This document shows, one piece after another, positions 1 through 14,930 of a stretch of 64,000 bases of DNA. The stretch lies in assembly GCA_003344405.1 (NCBI GenBank), contig NOWV01000023.1:496001-560000 (forward strand), written 5' to 3'. The translations under genes and the position numbers were made by a program. Below the pieces are notes generated by a model that ran no database searches, was not told the origin of the DNA, and saw only the letters and a list, made by a program, of their open reading frames with translations. Position 1 is the stretch's first letter; each line of letters starts with the position of its first letter. The DNA is from Trichoplax sp. H2 (lineage: Eukaryota).

Positions 1-126
1 GCCGCTGTTTACTTTTCTAACCAAGTAGTTGTATTTCATCATTTGACAGTTGTTTTTTTGAGGGAATAGCTAACCTTTATTCATTTCATGATATTCGTAT
101 TATTTCTCTCGTTCATTGATACATAG

Positions 127-758
127 CTTTTAATGGATGGCCAACGTCTTTACTACCATCTACTTCTAACCAAATGTTCGGACAAACAAGTTTACCCACT
201 GGCGGTATTCTTCCACGTCAGGACAAAGGCGATACCCATATTCGAAAAAAGAAGAGAAGAATCTTATTTACTAAAAATCAGACAGATCAGTTAGAAAAAC
301 GATTTAGACAGCAGAAATATCTATCGGCACCTGAACGGGAACACTTAGCAAATATGATAAAGTTGACTCCAACTCAAGTTAAAATTTGGTTTCAGGTATT
401 AGTTAATCAAGCATTGATTGATATATATTAATGTTGCATGTTTATTCTTATTAAGTCTAAACTTGGTATAGCAACAACTAGGATCCATATTAGTTCACTG
501 CGGTAATAAATGCTTATTTTAACCGGGTCTTTCATTTATCTTTTAATAATATAGAATCATCGTTACAAATGTAAGCGACAAAAGAAAGCTAGCCATAATG
601 GAACCCTTGCTAATGGATACGACGATTGCAATGATGGTTGTATTAGTAATTTATCGTCACCTCAATCACCTAAACGTGTGGCTATTCCATTAATTGTTCA
701 CAATGGAGAGACGTTTTTAACATCTAAAAGTGATGGCACTCCTCATCATTCCTACTGA
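127..758 (+). CDS. Nkx2: NK2-class homeobox transcription factor (NK2.1/NK2.2-like), 5'-partial; exons 127-395 and 555-758
   Basis: Spliced homeodomain [59 protein letters not shown] carries the NK2-diagnostic Tyr54. GT-AG intron 396-554. Downstream [15 protein letters not shown] matches the NK2-specific domain (SPRRVAVPVLVRDGK-like). Stop TGA 756-758. An acceptor ACATAG at 121-126 implies an upstream exon outside the window. Confidence 0.95.
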
Positions 759-3700
759 TCTTAGAACATATTCATTTCAGGTTGATTATTTTAGTTAAAA
801 TTACTGCTACTTTATCGTAAGTTTAAAAGATGTCTATTAGCAAATATTGCAAGTAATGCAGCTTAATTGAAAGTTGAAAACAATTATACTGTAATAATGA
901 TGTTACTGTACTAATTTAATGATCAGCTAAATAATATGAGTAACTGTTCAAGAGAAATCTGAAGTTGATTTTGTTTGGTAGGTGTTTATATACAGAATGA
1001 TTAACACTATTTAGGGACGATGTTAGTTATCTTTTAGCCACTGTTACCTGTTAATTTATCTGCTCAAAATCGTAGTGGCTAATTTGTGACGAAGAAAGTA
1101 TCTTTAATTTCTAATCTTAAAGTTTTGATTTATCTGATTATGATATAATTGTCATCTATGTGAGATCAATTGATCGGTAAGCAATGTCAGTGACACTTTT
1201 GCAGAGTGCATTAATTTCGGCAAACCTCTTATCTTTATTGGTAACTTTATCCTCGATATCGTCTTTTAATTTACTGAGACTGATTTAAAATTTGCAAATT
1301 CATGATCCAAAAGAAACGGGTGCAATCGTAATTCTATCCGAAATTTCGCGTTTATTTACTAATTTAACTATGATTTGATTTTAATAAGAAAAAATTCTCA
1401 ATTTATCTGCAATGATTTTGAACACGGGGCATTATGTTCGAGTTTAACTGTGTTCTTTAATATAATTAGATCAGTAGAATAATGGTCTGTATGCTGATTA
1501 ATACTGCTTATTATTTAAAATTAATAAAAATGATGGAATCGACTACTCGATATAGTATTTCTAGCAATTTTAAATACTTAAAATGAGAACAGTATGATGA
1601 AATATATATTTAATTTTACGTATAATGAGTATTAGAGTGTAAGTGAGATATGTAAAATAGGTTATTATCCAAGTACATCTTTTTACAGGTAGTCAGTGTT
1701 GTATATATTTATTATATAATTGACTGAAACTGCTATAAGCCTAAGGAATTACTGAAAATACACAGAAGGGCTCAGAAGAGCTTGATGGTGTTCTACTGTA
1801 TTTCGTTATCCATGATTGGCAAAGTTGTTTTCTACATGGGTTCACGTACAGAAGTAAGGTATAGCATGCAGTATTTGAAGGAAATAGTTAAATTATATGT
1901 CGTTCTTTCTTAAAGTTTTATCCATTTATATTTCATTAAGAAAGCATAGGCCCAATGTTGTCATCTGCGATAATAATAACAACCTTATATGCCAAGATCT
2001 GAGGTCTACTATACGGAACATTATAAACACTATGCAAATCATCATAGTAATATTAATTAAGTTTTTGACTAGTTTATGATTACTGTACTACAGGCTACTG
2101 AATATGCAATATCGTATGGAGGAATATGTAGCCAGTGAACTATTTGCAATTATAGTAATACACACAAAGCCTTACTGAACTGATCTTTAAATTTGTCAAC
2201 ATTAAATAAACGGAGCTTTAGAAATTGCAAAATTTCAGCAGATAAGTAGTACACAACTGGTAAATAAAATGATCCATAAAATTGACCTAGCAACAATATT
2301 ACTATAAAATCACGCTGCTTACATAGTTCCTCGTGTGTTAGCCAATTATCTTCTTATTTACTTTGTGAAAGAATTTTAAAAATTTAAAAAATAAAGAACT
2401 TAAGTCCTATGAAGTATACTCAAAAATTATATGTATAAGGAATATGCTCACATATCAATAGTCCAAAAACGAATTTGTTAAAATAAAGCTATAGAATACG
2501 ATGGTACTTGGTGCAGTGAATAATTCCAATAAAGGTTAAAATCCTTGGGCGCTGTAAACATCTTATAAATAAATTATAATTTGGCAAAGAGAAGACTTTG
2601 CTAGTTGATTATTAACTCTGAGACTTGTCCAATATGATCAAATTGTAACTTAATAAGGAAAATAATTTAATTCATTGAAATAAATACTACATTGGCGAGA
2701 ATTAATTTACTTATAAGTACCTATACAGAACAAAAGGTAACGTTAGAAATCTTCATAGGATATAGCACAAATTGTAATTTAGGTGAAGCAGCAGTATCTG
2801 TTTGGATCTTTCGTACAATTTTTAGCTTGAAAAGTTGGCTAATTCTACTACAGAGTTTAGATCATGTAACGATTGTATCTCATACAGTTGCTGTCTCTCA
2901 GATCTCTATAGTCAAAATCTGACTATATGAAATTCGCCATAGATATACTGTTGTGTTCGACATCATATTTATTAAAATTAATACCAAATTGGTAAGATTG
3001 CTATATTCAATCTTGCAAGCAATCTATCTGGGGAAATTTAGTTTAGTCATTGAATGAAAATTCCCTTTCAGGAAGGAATAAAATTTTAATTTCTATATAA
3101 TATCATATGATCTGGTCAGAGAAAACAAGTTGAATCGAACACAAAAACATCGCATTTATTACGATTATAGTTTAAACAAAAGATTTATTACTATAATATT
3201 TTAGCAGTAAATTTATTAAGTGTTTTAAAAAAATCGATTATGTTATAGTATGCTGTATTGCAGCATGTTCTACTGTGTTAGTAAAGCTGTAGCACTTGCT
3301 TGAACATGATAGTGACTCAATAATTGAGATACAGGTTACAATTTTTTGCAAGATCACTAAAATTTTAAAATATATTAGTAGCTCCAGTATTTACAAGTTA
3401 ACAACTTGTAGGTTATATTAATAAAATATCTATACCTAGTTTTGTTAAAAGGGTTAATTTCTATTTTCTAGGTTGATATCCAAAGGGCCAAAGGCTAAAT
3501 ATTTGAAAGCTGTTAATGCGCAGGGATTCTGATGCAGCTTTTCATATGCGTTCTCCATTTGATCTTTCATCCTATACTTTAAAAATTAGAAAGTCTTGGA
3601 AACATATAATAGTAGTAAGGTTGAAGTATTTCTCCAAATAAATTATAGTTTAATATGCTACTTTTATTACATAACTATAGAAATGAACCTACAGGAATAT

Positions 3701-5994
3701 ATTAGATTGATATTTTCTCAAGTATAATTTCAGGGTACAAACGGATACATACTCGTACGTATCTCTCGTTCTACTTTCTTGATATTTCTAAAAAGTAATA
3801 AAATGTTTTGCTTAATCTTTGCAGGATAAAATATGTGTAAAGATGAAATTGACATATCTATCTAAATAACCAGAAAATAAGATTAAATAGCATAATCTCG
3901 ATATTATGATCTTCAATAGCACTTTTGTGATTAATACCGATTAATTAATCAAGATGTATATTCAACATTTTGCTATTTTTAAATTTTTTTAGCACAAAGC
4001 GATCTTATCCCACTATTTTGCTAAACAATTAACTTTGCGTTCGTAGTAAAATTTTTGGCTAATATTATAATCTATTTATTAGAATTACATGTAAGTTTGC
4101 AATAAGCTATAGGACTTGTTACCGTCTCAATTTCAGTTGATTTCAAATTTAATTAACCTTAATGTGTCATCTGAAATTTGTAAATTGAGGGTGTTAAATT
4201 TATATCTAACTCATATTTCTGAGCCTACATAAAAGAGTTTTGTAAATAGATTCCTTCAGCGATAATGATGAAATAATATGTACATATCTTTTAATTTAGA
4301 CTACTTTTAGCAGCTGTAATGTTCAAAATTGCTTTTGATATCGAAATAATTCGAGTAAAAGTTTATATTAGCAAATGAATAATATCATTATCCAAAATAT
4401 CGATAGAACGTAGGTGTAGGTAATGATGGTATTGTCTTAGGCAATGATTAATAAAAGTAATTTACAGTAAGATTCGTAGTTGCGTATAGAAATTCAGTAA
4501 CTTTATCATAGTTCTTATTAACTATTATAGAATGTTATTATCTTAACTTGCTGTTACAATAATTAAATTAAAATTTGATGTTGAACTAATGAAATAGTCT
4601 TGAATGATTGGTGTTGATATAGAGAGTTTATATTATCATGTTGTTTACTAAGAGTGGCTGCTATTCAGTCTACAGGCATGTAAAATTACTTTATTAATTA
4701 TATTTCACTATCCTTTGTTTTGTTATTGAATTTGCGATATTATCGTTCCATTTTAATATCTATCATCGAACAGGAGATTAACAATTTCAGATGACCAGAT
4801 TTAAGACATATTGTAGTTCAATCAAGGAATAAAGATTCATCGCAATGCTAATATGTTTTCATTTAACTCCGCAATTCGTAAGCATTTATAGGTTGAGTTC
4901 TACGTATATGATATCAACCTCCTAAAGCTCTGTATATGACAATATTAGAGTATAGTTTTAGAAAAAAATTTCTTTATGCTTACTGCTTGTGCTATAAAAA
5001 TGGTTTACGATACGATTAGTTGTGAAGTATATCATAAGCAAACGACGTATTTCCTTCATCTAAAGTAAAAAAAGTAAAAGTTGTTTGCATAGCTTACCTT
5101 TTGAAGAGTTCTAGAACTTTAATTTAATAAAAATGAGTCAGTTGTTAATGATCTATTGATTTGTATAATACTTCAAAGAAATAATAAGACTTGACTTGCA
5201 CTGATGACTAATTATATTTATGCCTAGATTTCTATTGCTTCTATTTCAAAATTATCAATAGAATACAGTATTTTTAAAAATTCGTTTTGATTGTTTGACA
5301 ATCCTATTGACCTCCTCAATAATTAACTTGTAAATTTTAAAAAATTTCAATAGGCGAGTCTGCTTATTCAATGAGGAAAAAATAAATCAGAATCATTTCC
5401 TCATTGTCTTAATTTTCCTTTCATTTTTAAGATCTTCAAGCGGTTTTCCATATTGTTATATTGGCATGGGCAGACTAATGTTGAACGTTGAAAGATAAAG
5501 TTAATGTATAACTAGTTTTTTAAGTTTAGTTAGCGTATTCTATGGTCGATCTACAAAATGTTGGACTATCTGACTAGTTGATAACAATGAAGTTAATCAA
5601 GAACTGCTTCGATTGCTTATTTAAAGTTACATTTTTATAAGAGTTCAGTCATGGTTAATAAATCTGTAATAGTTATTTCTTCTAGGTTATGAAATATCAA
5701 TACAACCGTAAACAGACATTATAAAATTGGCGACGTGATACAAAATCTTGGACGAGACACGAAGCAAACGGAATGGATTAACACCTGGAGATTTTTTAAA
5801 ATGTAAACAACGAACTATATAGACTGTTGAACGATTTCATGTCAGATCTATTTACAAATTAGAATCTAATCTACCGTGCTATCTAATGGATTGAATTAAT
5901 CTTATCATGTTATGACTAATGTATGTCATTACTTTATCGATCATTCACGAAGTCTTATGTGGGAGGTCATGTTATGAAGAATGATATTTTAAAC

Positions 5995-6020
5995 TTTTGG
6001 TTTTGGTTTGGTTTGGTTTG
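5995..6020. repeat. short (GGTTT)n microsatellite
   Basis: ttttggttttggtttggtttggtttg read directly. Confidence 0.7.
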
Positions 6021-8688
6021 TATCCGCACTATTTCTAACATAATTTAATGGTAGATTTTGTTATTACCTGAAAAATAAGGATCGAATTATCAGAAAATTC
6101 CATTTTATTCCTGCTTCCGATCTTATGGTAGTAATGATATATCACAATCATTAGAGTAGGAGTTGGACATATCCGCTGAACCCCTAAATTTTAGATGTTG
6201 GTTCACTTGTTTACAAAACTTGCTATAAATCTGTCAGTTATATCCATCTGTTTCAGTTTAATAACCTGTCATTTACGAGAGATGTTCAAAATTTGTCATG
6301 ATCTAGTCTTTGTTAACAAATGTTAAAAATCTACCACAGATAGATAAAATTATAAGAGTATTACAGTCATCAATATGTAATAATTTAAGCGTAAGTCTTT
6401 GTTGATGTGAATACTGAATTTCATTTCGTAGACATATTACAGAATTTTATTAAAACATAATATTGACAATGTCAATAAAGGCGGAATATGTAAGTATAAA
6501 TGTTTAAATTAATGTTGTAATTTCTTGGCTTCCAATTTCTGGAATTGATCATTGCATTAGAATGGGAGCTTTATGTTATGTAATTGGTTAGGCCATTTTT
6601 GCCGTTTTAATTTTAAAATCGTTAACGTGGCCGTCTTGAAGTTTGGCTAGTAGAAAATGTTTGAGCAGTTGCAAATATATCAGAATTCTTGATTTTTAAA
6701 GTTATGATAAATCCGGCGGAAACGAACAGATTGCTTTAAAGTTATCAGTCTAAACGAAAATATACAACTACCTCGTTTCCTTCCATCCTTCCTGAATTGG
6801 CGGAATATATCAGACTTCTAGGATAATATCGATAACCATTATCAACTTTTCAATAGTACTGCCCGCCAAGTCGGACAGGTAACCCTTCCTTGGCATGAAA
6901 ATTCATCACTAACTTGATAGCTGGTTTTGATGAATTAACATAACATTAAGAAATGGAATAATTTGATTTACTGCTGCAAGCAGTATTATCGTAACCGGCT
7001 GGATGCATCTTTATTTATGACAAAAGATTTCGTATAACCAATATGCATTTATTTATTAGCAAGTTGCGGTAGCCAATGTCACGTTTTACTTCTTTATTAA
7101 CTGTATCATCGCTGATCAATCTGCATCCGTTATATTTCATTTTTAGACTTATAATCTAGTTATGTTTTGCTGATTTGGAAAAATATTTTGATAAAATTAT
7201 TACGATAAACATACGTGACTACATTTTTGGCATGATAGACATCTATTCTTTTTTCTATGTTATATTTTAGGTTAAAAATGAAGTAATAATAAGCAATCGT
7301 TCAGTTATGTAATTAATACTTGTTTATGATGCGAAAACGGTCGATCCAATACTGAAGAATACTCTACTGCTACATTGAGTATTTATCGTATCAGTCCACT
7401 TTGGTGAACTGTTTCTTTAACAAAATTAATTTTATGTTTTAGTAAGAATTTAAATTGATTCTACTGTATGTATTTTTAGCACCAATATTGATCAGGTCAT
7501 ACTTTACAGAAAAGGCAAATTAGAATTGTGCAGTGTCCAATGCAGTTACTATTTAATTCCATTGATAATAATTATAGGTAGCAACTTCAATACCTTAAGA
7601 AAAAATTGTAACTAGTACTATAAGTAAAGATTGTAAAAAAAGTAGTTAAAATTGAATTATACCTTTAAATAATGAAAAAAGTAATTATGACATGGGAAAA
7701 AAAATGAAATAATGTGTAATTTAAAAAGCAACATTACAATATCTAGAAATAGACCTGTTTCTAGTTGTTCAATGTATTGATTGATGTTATATAATTCAAT
7801 TTTCTTATATATTTAAATATTAGGTTTTCTTTATTAAATGCAAGCTAAAGTTTTGATTTAATTAGTTGCGATCTAAATAAAAAGTTGATGGAAGGACCTA
7901 AATTTAGAAAACAATATTAAAATATGGAACAATAGTCTCCTTTAGAAGGCTAAAAATATATTCTCAATAGATGAATAAGAGACTAAAGTACCGCGGGCTG
8001 ATTATTAAGTTTGTTGTTTACAGATTATATTAAACGGGGTTATCAGTTCAAATTGTTATAAACAATCTAGTCGACTTTAGTTCCATTTCCTCTATTGATA
8101 ATGGATGTGTGCAGTTGTAATTCTGTGTGGGCAGGCTGTAAATTAATTGATCCTTTTGGTATCTTGAAAGAATAATAGAGACAAACAATGCTTCTAAAAA
8201 TGTCAAGTCGCGATTGCATGATCATGCAACTCATGGTTTATTGTCTTGGTAATACAATTCGGCTAAGCATCAAATAGTTAATCTACTTCAAGTCATTATG
8301 TAGCTTGGTAACGCTATCTTTAGGTCTAAATGTACTGAATTTTAATAGAGATTATAAAAATGGAGAGGAAGTAACGTCACAAAATTTATTTGTGCTTCAT
8401 GATGGATATTTCCTCGGTGTAGCTATATATAAGTGTGCTCATCTAATGCATTTCAACGTCAACTCAATCAGTCTCCAAGTTGTAGATGATCGAACGCTCA
8501 TGAAGATTACCTTCATTTGATTTCATATTGGATCACGTTTATATTAAAGCATATCGTTACATCGTTGGACGTAAACTACTCCTGTATTCCTTGGTTATAT
8601 ACTTGAGTGCTGTAGTATGATTGACTATTCTTGGCTGACATTATACTGACTTTAGGATAGTGTTACCTCGTTAGTCTATACAAACAAT

Positions 8689-8707
8689 CCAATTAATAAC
8701 TATAAGG
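8689..8707 (+). promoter_or_regulatory. candidate core promoter (CCAAT + TATAAG) of the second NK2 gene
   Basis: CCAAT followed by TATAAG about 100 nt upstream of ATG 8805. Motif match only, in AT-rich DNA. Confidence 0.25.
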
Positions 8708-8804
8708 CTTGGTGGTGGTCGTATCTGATAACTACTGCTCTTCAATTCTCACTCGTTCCTAGTTTCCTTTTAGAACCTCTCTACCGTCTACGAGATAGAT
8801 CAAT

Positions 8805-10131
8805 ATGGCAGTTGGCCATCCAACTCACAGTTCATCATTTTTTATTGATAACATCATTGGCAATCCAAATCAAAGCCAACCATGGTCTGCCTTAACCAAG
8901 ATGGATAAGAAACATTGTCAATCTCAGCAAATATTATCAGCTTCTTCGTCAACTTCACAAAATTTATTGCAAGCTACGTTGCAAGATGCTCCTCCAGCTA
9001 CGTTGAGACGCTCATGCAAACTACAAGTTGAGGATTCTAGTAAGCCAGTAGCCAATCGATCTGATATCAACATAGATTCTAGATTGCGTCATCTACAACA
9101 ACACGGTATGCCTTTGATTATTAACCACTTGATCGACTTGCATATTATTGCTAGTGGAGACTTAATATATGGTTATTATATATTATACAATTACCGGATC
9201 AAATCTACTATATTGCTGTAATCAGTTGGATACCTATTGATAGTGTCACTTTGTGTCATCATCATTACAAGTTAGCATCAATATAGTACTATCACGTTAT
9301 TCCTTACGAGTAGTATTTCATAAATAATCAAGACTAACATTATGGAAATTACAAGTTAAAATATTCAAATCAATTCAAGTATTCTACCTGTATTGTTTAT
9401 CATATATTTCTTTTTATTTATTTGTGATCATTTCTCGACCATCTGGAGCAATAGCGTTAGACTCCTAATTGATATAGTTTTACTACTGTAGTTATTATTA
9501 AGGCATAAAATATTTTTATTCCTCGTAAAATTAAATTGATCGAGTACCATATTACAGTAGTTATGAAAAGCCAAGATAAAAGGAGCAACTGATAGAGTAA
9601 TTTCATTTTTCGTTGTTTGTTATTATTTTTATTATAGAGAAGCAAGAGGAAGATGAAAATCGAGTATTGTCTTATAAGAAGAAAAACAATCAAAGCGATA
9701 CCATGAAAAAAGACCACTTTCCTATTGGTAACGATGATCTTGAAGAATCTTCTACTGAACTTCTCAGTTCATCGATCAAAGATGAACAAGATGAAGATGA
9801 ATCTTCATCACGACAACATCATCGACGACGAATTCTATTCTCATCACAACAAGTAGAAGTATTGCAAAATCGATTCCAAATTAACATTTATTTGTCGCCC
9901 ATTGAACGTGAACAATTAGCAAGAAAGCTTCATTTATCACCTAAGCAAGTTAAAGTGTGGTTTCAAAATCAACGCTATAAGAAAAGAAAAAAGTTTAAAC
10001 AGTCCATGCAAGATTCCTATATTAGCATCGTGAACACCATCGTTACTTCGAATCCGTTTTATGCTAATCCTCACTATCGTGCTCATCCATTGACACGATA
10101 CCAGCCAATTTGTACTACTAGTTATAAGTAA
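8805..10131 (+). CDS. divergent NK2-class homeobox protein (~264 aa); exons 8805-9105 and 9638-10131
   Basis: Exon 1 has an eh1/TN-like motif SSFFIDNII. A phase-1 GT-AG intron 9106-9637 joins the frames exactly (G+AG=Glu). Homeodomain HHRRRILFSSQQVEVLQNRFQINIYLSPIEREQLARKLHLSPKQVKVWFQNQRYKKRKK has Tyr54. Stop TAA 10129-10131. Confidence 0.9.
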
Positions 10132-12778
10132 ATTCTCATCAATTTTCCCATTATGCATGCGTAATACCGTATGATCATTGCTTTTTTTTCAATTTATTCG
10201 TTTTATTTGTAGCCAAAGCCGTAGTATAATAAGTTGATTAAGTACCGTTCTTATTGTTATTATTAAAGATGATTTGAAAATGTTACTTTGTGCTGTAGTC
10301 CTAATAGTATCAGCCGCTATTTAATGATGATTATCTGCCTGTTTACTACGAGCGTCTTGATATACCTTTTAAGAGTTATAAGACTGCTGCTACATAGTAA
10401 TTATCTTCATTATTTGAATAATAGCATTGTTAATGAAGGTGCTGCTAAAGTGATAATATTAATTAACCTTCGTGTTCAGCTTTATTCCCCATCGCTATTA
10501 TATTATAATAGAAAACCCATTTCCATCATTGTAACTATAACGTTTAATGCTATACAGAATTTATCAAACTATTCTAATTTCCCTCAAATTAAATGGATAT
10601 TAACTTGCTGGTAATGACTATACCAAATATTAGTATACCATGCTCTTTAATCAATTAATTATAAAGCATTGGATGATACAGTTACCGATCATATAGGAAC
10701 TATCCGCCGCGAATATCTTTACACTTTTAAATAGCATTAAAAACATCGACTTTTGGACTTTCTAATACATTCCAGTAGCTCTTCAAGATTTTTCTCTTCA
10801 TTTATTTCATTTTTAAAAATCTTTTCGATGCTTCAAATCATCAATGGGTATCTAATAGAATAGTTACTTTTAAATTTGCCGTCGTTTTCGTTCATTATTG
10901 TCTGGATATCTTCATATTTTTTCTTCTATGAATAAGTAAAGATATCGGTACAAGGGAGATTTGAACAAGTTCATTTTCTGGCATTTTAATGGATCCTTTC
11001 TTGATTGGAGCGATGTGGCTGCAATATTCTCCAAGTAAATGAATTACCAAGATAATGTTATTATTTCGCTCTATGGATTATTACAACAAATTTCTCACAT
11101 TGGCAATAGATTTACATCGTCCGATTATGGTAACTTTCGCCATTATTTGAAATTATTTTTTACTAGTCATTGGGTATATTTTGTCTGCTGTTATGGTATC
11201 CTTCTAAATGACGTTAAGGCTTATTATATTGAATTTAACTCATTTCAAAAAGCAGCACTAAACATTTCTATAGGTATTTTCTGATCTTCATTATTTCATG
11301 TTATCATTCTCTTATGCAATCTATATGAATACCAACGTATACCATTGATGCAGCTGCTTCCTCCACAATTCTAGTCCATTATTTTTTTTTTATCCTAATT
11401 CTCTATAATTTATTGTCCAGCAATAGCCGCATGATTATCAATTAAGACGAGTCAGCAATTCATTCTATTCTTGTTAATTAATGCACCTAAACTCTATACT
11501 ACTAATATGACATGATAAATTACAAAAAATACCTATTTTAACCTTCCATAACATTATTTTTTCGGTACAATCTTACTTAATTCTTGTCAGATGATGAAAA
11601 TGATAATTAAAAATAGCACCATCATTATTATAGCAAAGTTATTTTATTCTTGCATACTTCATGCTACATGATCTTTTAGATAAAGCAGGTTACTCTTATG
11701 CTATAACCATGCAACTAAGTCTATTTTATTTTCTCTTGGTATTATTATATTTTCTCATTCTTGTCATAATACATATATGAAAATAATTGTAGAACTTTAA
11801 AAGTAGTGCTTCAATCAATGAAACTTACCATTCTAAGCTATATTAACTTTCACTATTATTACTTGTTGCTTAAATATTGCTTAGTAATGTGATTATACAA
11901 TCATGGATAGGTATGTCGAGATCTTTCATTTCAGTGAATCATTTATGAATTGTTGTCGATTCGAAAAGGATGAGCTAAGAATAGATGACAGTTGATCTTA
12001 ACTTACTATAAGTGTATGGTTTTATTATTACCAATACTATCATTATTAACTTTACCGTCCAACTTTAATGATAATTTGAAGTATAACTAAATTTCTTAAT
12101 TACAATTCTATTTATGGAAATTAATCCTAGGTCAGATGATTAATCTTTATGGGCTAGCTACAATACAGTATATCAATTAACTTAAATAGATCAATCGATT
12201 AATATATATTTCTATTGAGATAAACAACTTAGCCTTTTATATTAGGTTACAAGTTAAACTATATTGCGTTAGCCCATCCAGTTAGGGTGATTATTACTCT
12301 ATTTCATTAATGTAGAGAGTAAGGGCTGTATTTTAAAAAATTTAATTTATAAATTAATGCAATTATTTTTTTCTTACTCTGACATTACATTTTATTTGCC
12401 CTTGAAATTGCCTTTTCACAACTTATCATGTCAAAAAAATCAATTATATTCATATCTAGATGAGAGTCACTATATCAAAAGAGATAGCACTGTAGTTAAA
12501 AATGATTGATGTTTTGTCTTAGGAAATTTTAAGAAGGAAATTAAAATAACTTTATCAAATTATCCTAATAAAATGTTGATTGAAGCGCCTCTCAAAATAT
12601 TTGCGTGTGTTTGCTTTCTTGACAGAGTGATTTGAATTAGAATTTTGCATTTTAAGTATTACCAAAGGAAGTTTAAGAGGTTTCAAGGTCGTAATTACTT
12701 CAATTTATGCCTTTAATATATATCACAGAGCTGCAGAACTTGCCTTCACCTTGCGGTTACATCAATAAATTAATTATA

Positions 12779-12821
12779 ACATTGTTATTTTTCCTATTGA
12801 TGAAATGAAAAATAACAATGT
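12779..12821. repeat. perfect 15-bp inverted repeat with 13-nt loop
   Basis: acattgttatttttc (12779-12793) and its exact reverse complement gaaaaataacaatgt (12807-12821). Confidence 0.8.
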
Positions 12822-14930
12822 CACTTATCAAAGCTCGATGTAGTTATTGAAAAGTCAAGATGTTACCGTAGTTGTAGTGATTTGGGCTGCTATCTCCAAA
12901 TTAATATTTAAATTACCATGTATCAGAAGTTAAAATTTATTATTGCAAGGAAAAGATCTAAATTGAGCTTTTATGCCTAAAGATTGCGACATTTTAGATT
13001 CTCGACTTATGCCAGCTTGCAGTTTTTTCTTTACTATGATTATATTATTACTCTTGCTTGATATATCGTAACCCTAAATTAATATAATCAACAAATATTA
13101 TCGTATGGCATTTTATGACACCTTGTATCCTGTGGAATCTTGGAATATACTAGTATACTGTAGGTTACAATTATCAACATTCTCTATAAGGAATGGAGAA
13201 AAATGAACAATCACTATAAAAAAAGAATCCAGAAAATAGATCATCAGACAATACTGTAATTTCTTGCTATAGTGATTGTTTTGCATATAGGTATTCAATT
13301 ACATACTGTGCAGTAATTGGATTATGCCATTATGTTCTGAAATGTTGCTTTATTTTATTAATTAGACCATTTAAAACCATCGTCACCGCACATATTAGAT
13401 GAGATTCATTACAATTTGGGTCAAAATTTTTATCATGCTAGAGAAGAAAGGATAAGCAATGAAAATTAAAAGTCTTATATACGCATGTAAACGCATTCAC
13501 GGTATATCAGCACAAATACAAAAAATTAAACTTTCATAAGTAAATTTTTAAGGTTAATTCTGAATTCAGATAGAAAGTTGTTAGTGACGCATGTTAAGGC
13601 TTATTATATAATTATGAACCGGAAAATGCAAATTATAATGACGTATATCGAACACTCATTGTACGTAAATCGAGAAATGAATAATTTCTTATGACGTAAT
13701 ACGAATTACTTAGGAGTAATAATGCATTAATTGTGGAAGATTGTACAATTCTTTCATGACGTCTAAGGAAATATTGCATAAAAAGTATTGTGCAGAAGAT
13801 ATCGCTAATAAATGGAATAGTATTCAGCGGAAGAGTAGTATACCCTTTATATATAGAGGAGCTATTAAGAATTAAAAAAACAATTTATTATTTATGATAG
13901 AGGAAATAACGCACATTGTGGCATAATGTATTATAGATTTGATTGTATACGTGATAATAGCATGGGAATGATCATCACTGATTGTTTTCGATTCTGATAC
14001 TATTTCTTGCTAATCAGCTTCATTCCTGGTTTGATGTTTAGCTGTATGCAATCAACAATTGTGATTAACTTGTCATATATTTATTTTAGGTAATATTTCT
14101 CACTGATTAATTCTTATATCACGGCCCAAGCCGGTAATACGGCCTTAAATGCCACTAATATAATATCCTACAATATTGTGATCGAGAAAATTGATGAGTG
14201 CTTAACTGTCGCTAAAATGCATTTGTATTCTTGTGACAAATATATACCTGAAATATTTCTGGGTTTTCTTCTATCTCGAATTATTATCAAGACCAGCTTT
14301 CCGTGATAACTAGAAACTTATTCCTTAAGATTTGTGACATAACCAATATAGCCTCATCCTTATGCGTTGATGATAAATTTATGAACTCTTTCTATTATAA
14401 AAGTAACTCGCCTTTATACCTTCTATCTATATTTACGAGCAGCTACAGAGTATACATACATGAAAATTAATACTAATATACAATATTTCTGTCGTATATC
14501 TTTAGACCTAAATTTTTACTTCTTTTTAGAATACTTAAGAGCGCGTGTAGAACACGAGATCGGTCATTATCAGAACATGATCTGACCTTTGAGCTTTCTT
14601 ATGAATTACTTATTTAACTAAGTTACTTGCCCTTACTGGAAAATGAATTGGTTTTGCTATCTATAACTCTAATGATGAGCTATCTGCTGTATAACGATCG
14701 ATACAACGTATTTATACTTAATTGTGATCTTCAATAAAGTGACATTAATATACTCCGGTGGATCGATTTTAGTGAGCAATAAGCAAACTTCATATCGGTT
14801 CGATGTTTTGGTGAAAAAAGTTGATATTATTGAACCCTAAGTGTTGATAAAGACTTTGCTCCCTTTGATTATTGACATAAATATATCAAAAGCATTACAA
14901 AAATTCTATGTAGTATATGTCATTGATACA

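Noticed and set aside
1897..8520. Short ORFs between the NK2 genes, and similar 60-116 aa ORFs elsewhere in the track
   Set aside because: Ile/Leu/Phe/Tyr-rich composition expected from random AT-rich DNA, often non-ATG starts, and no motifs.
9457..10158. Minus-strand ORFs 9457-9717 and 9937-10158
   Set aside because: They are antisense shadows of the second NK2 gene. The same applies to the minus-strand ORFs overlapping IRF and XRN2.
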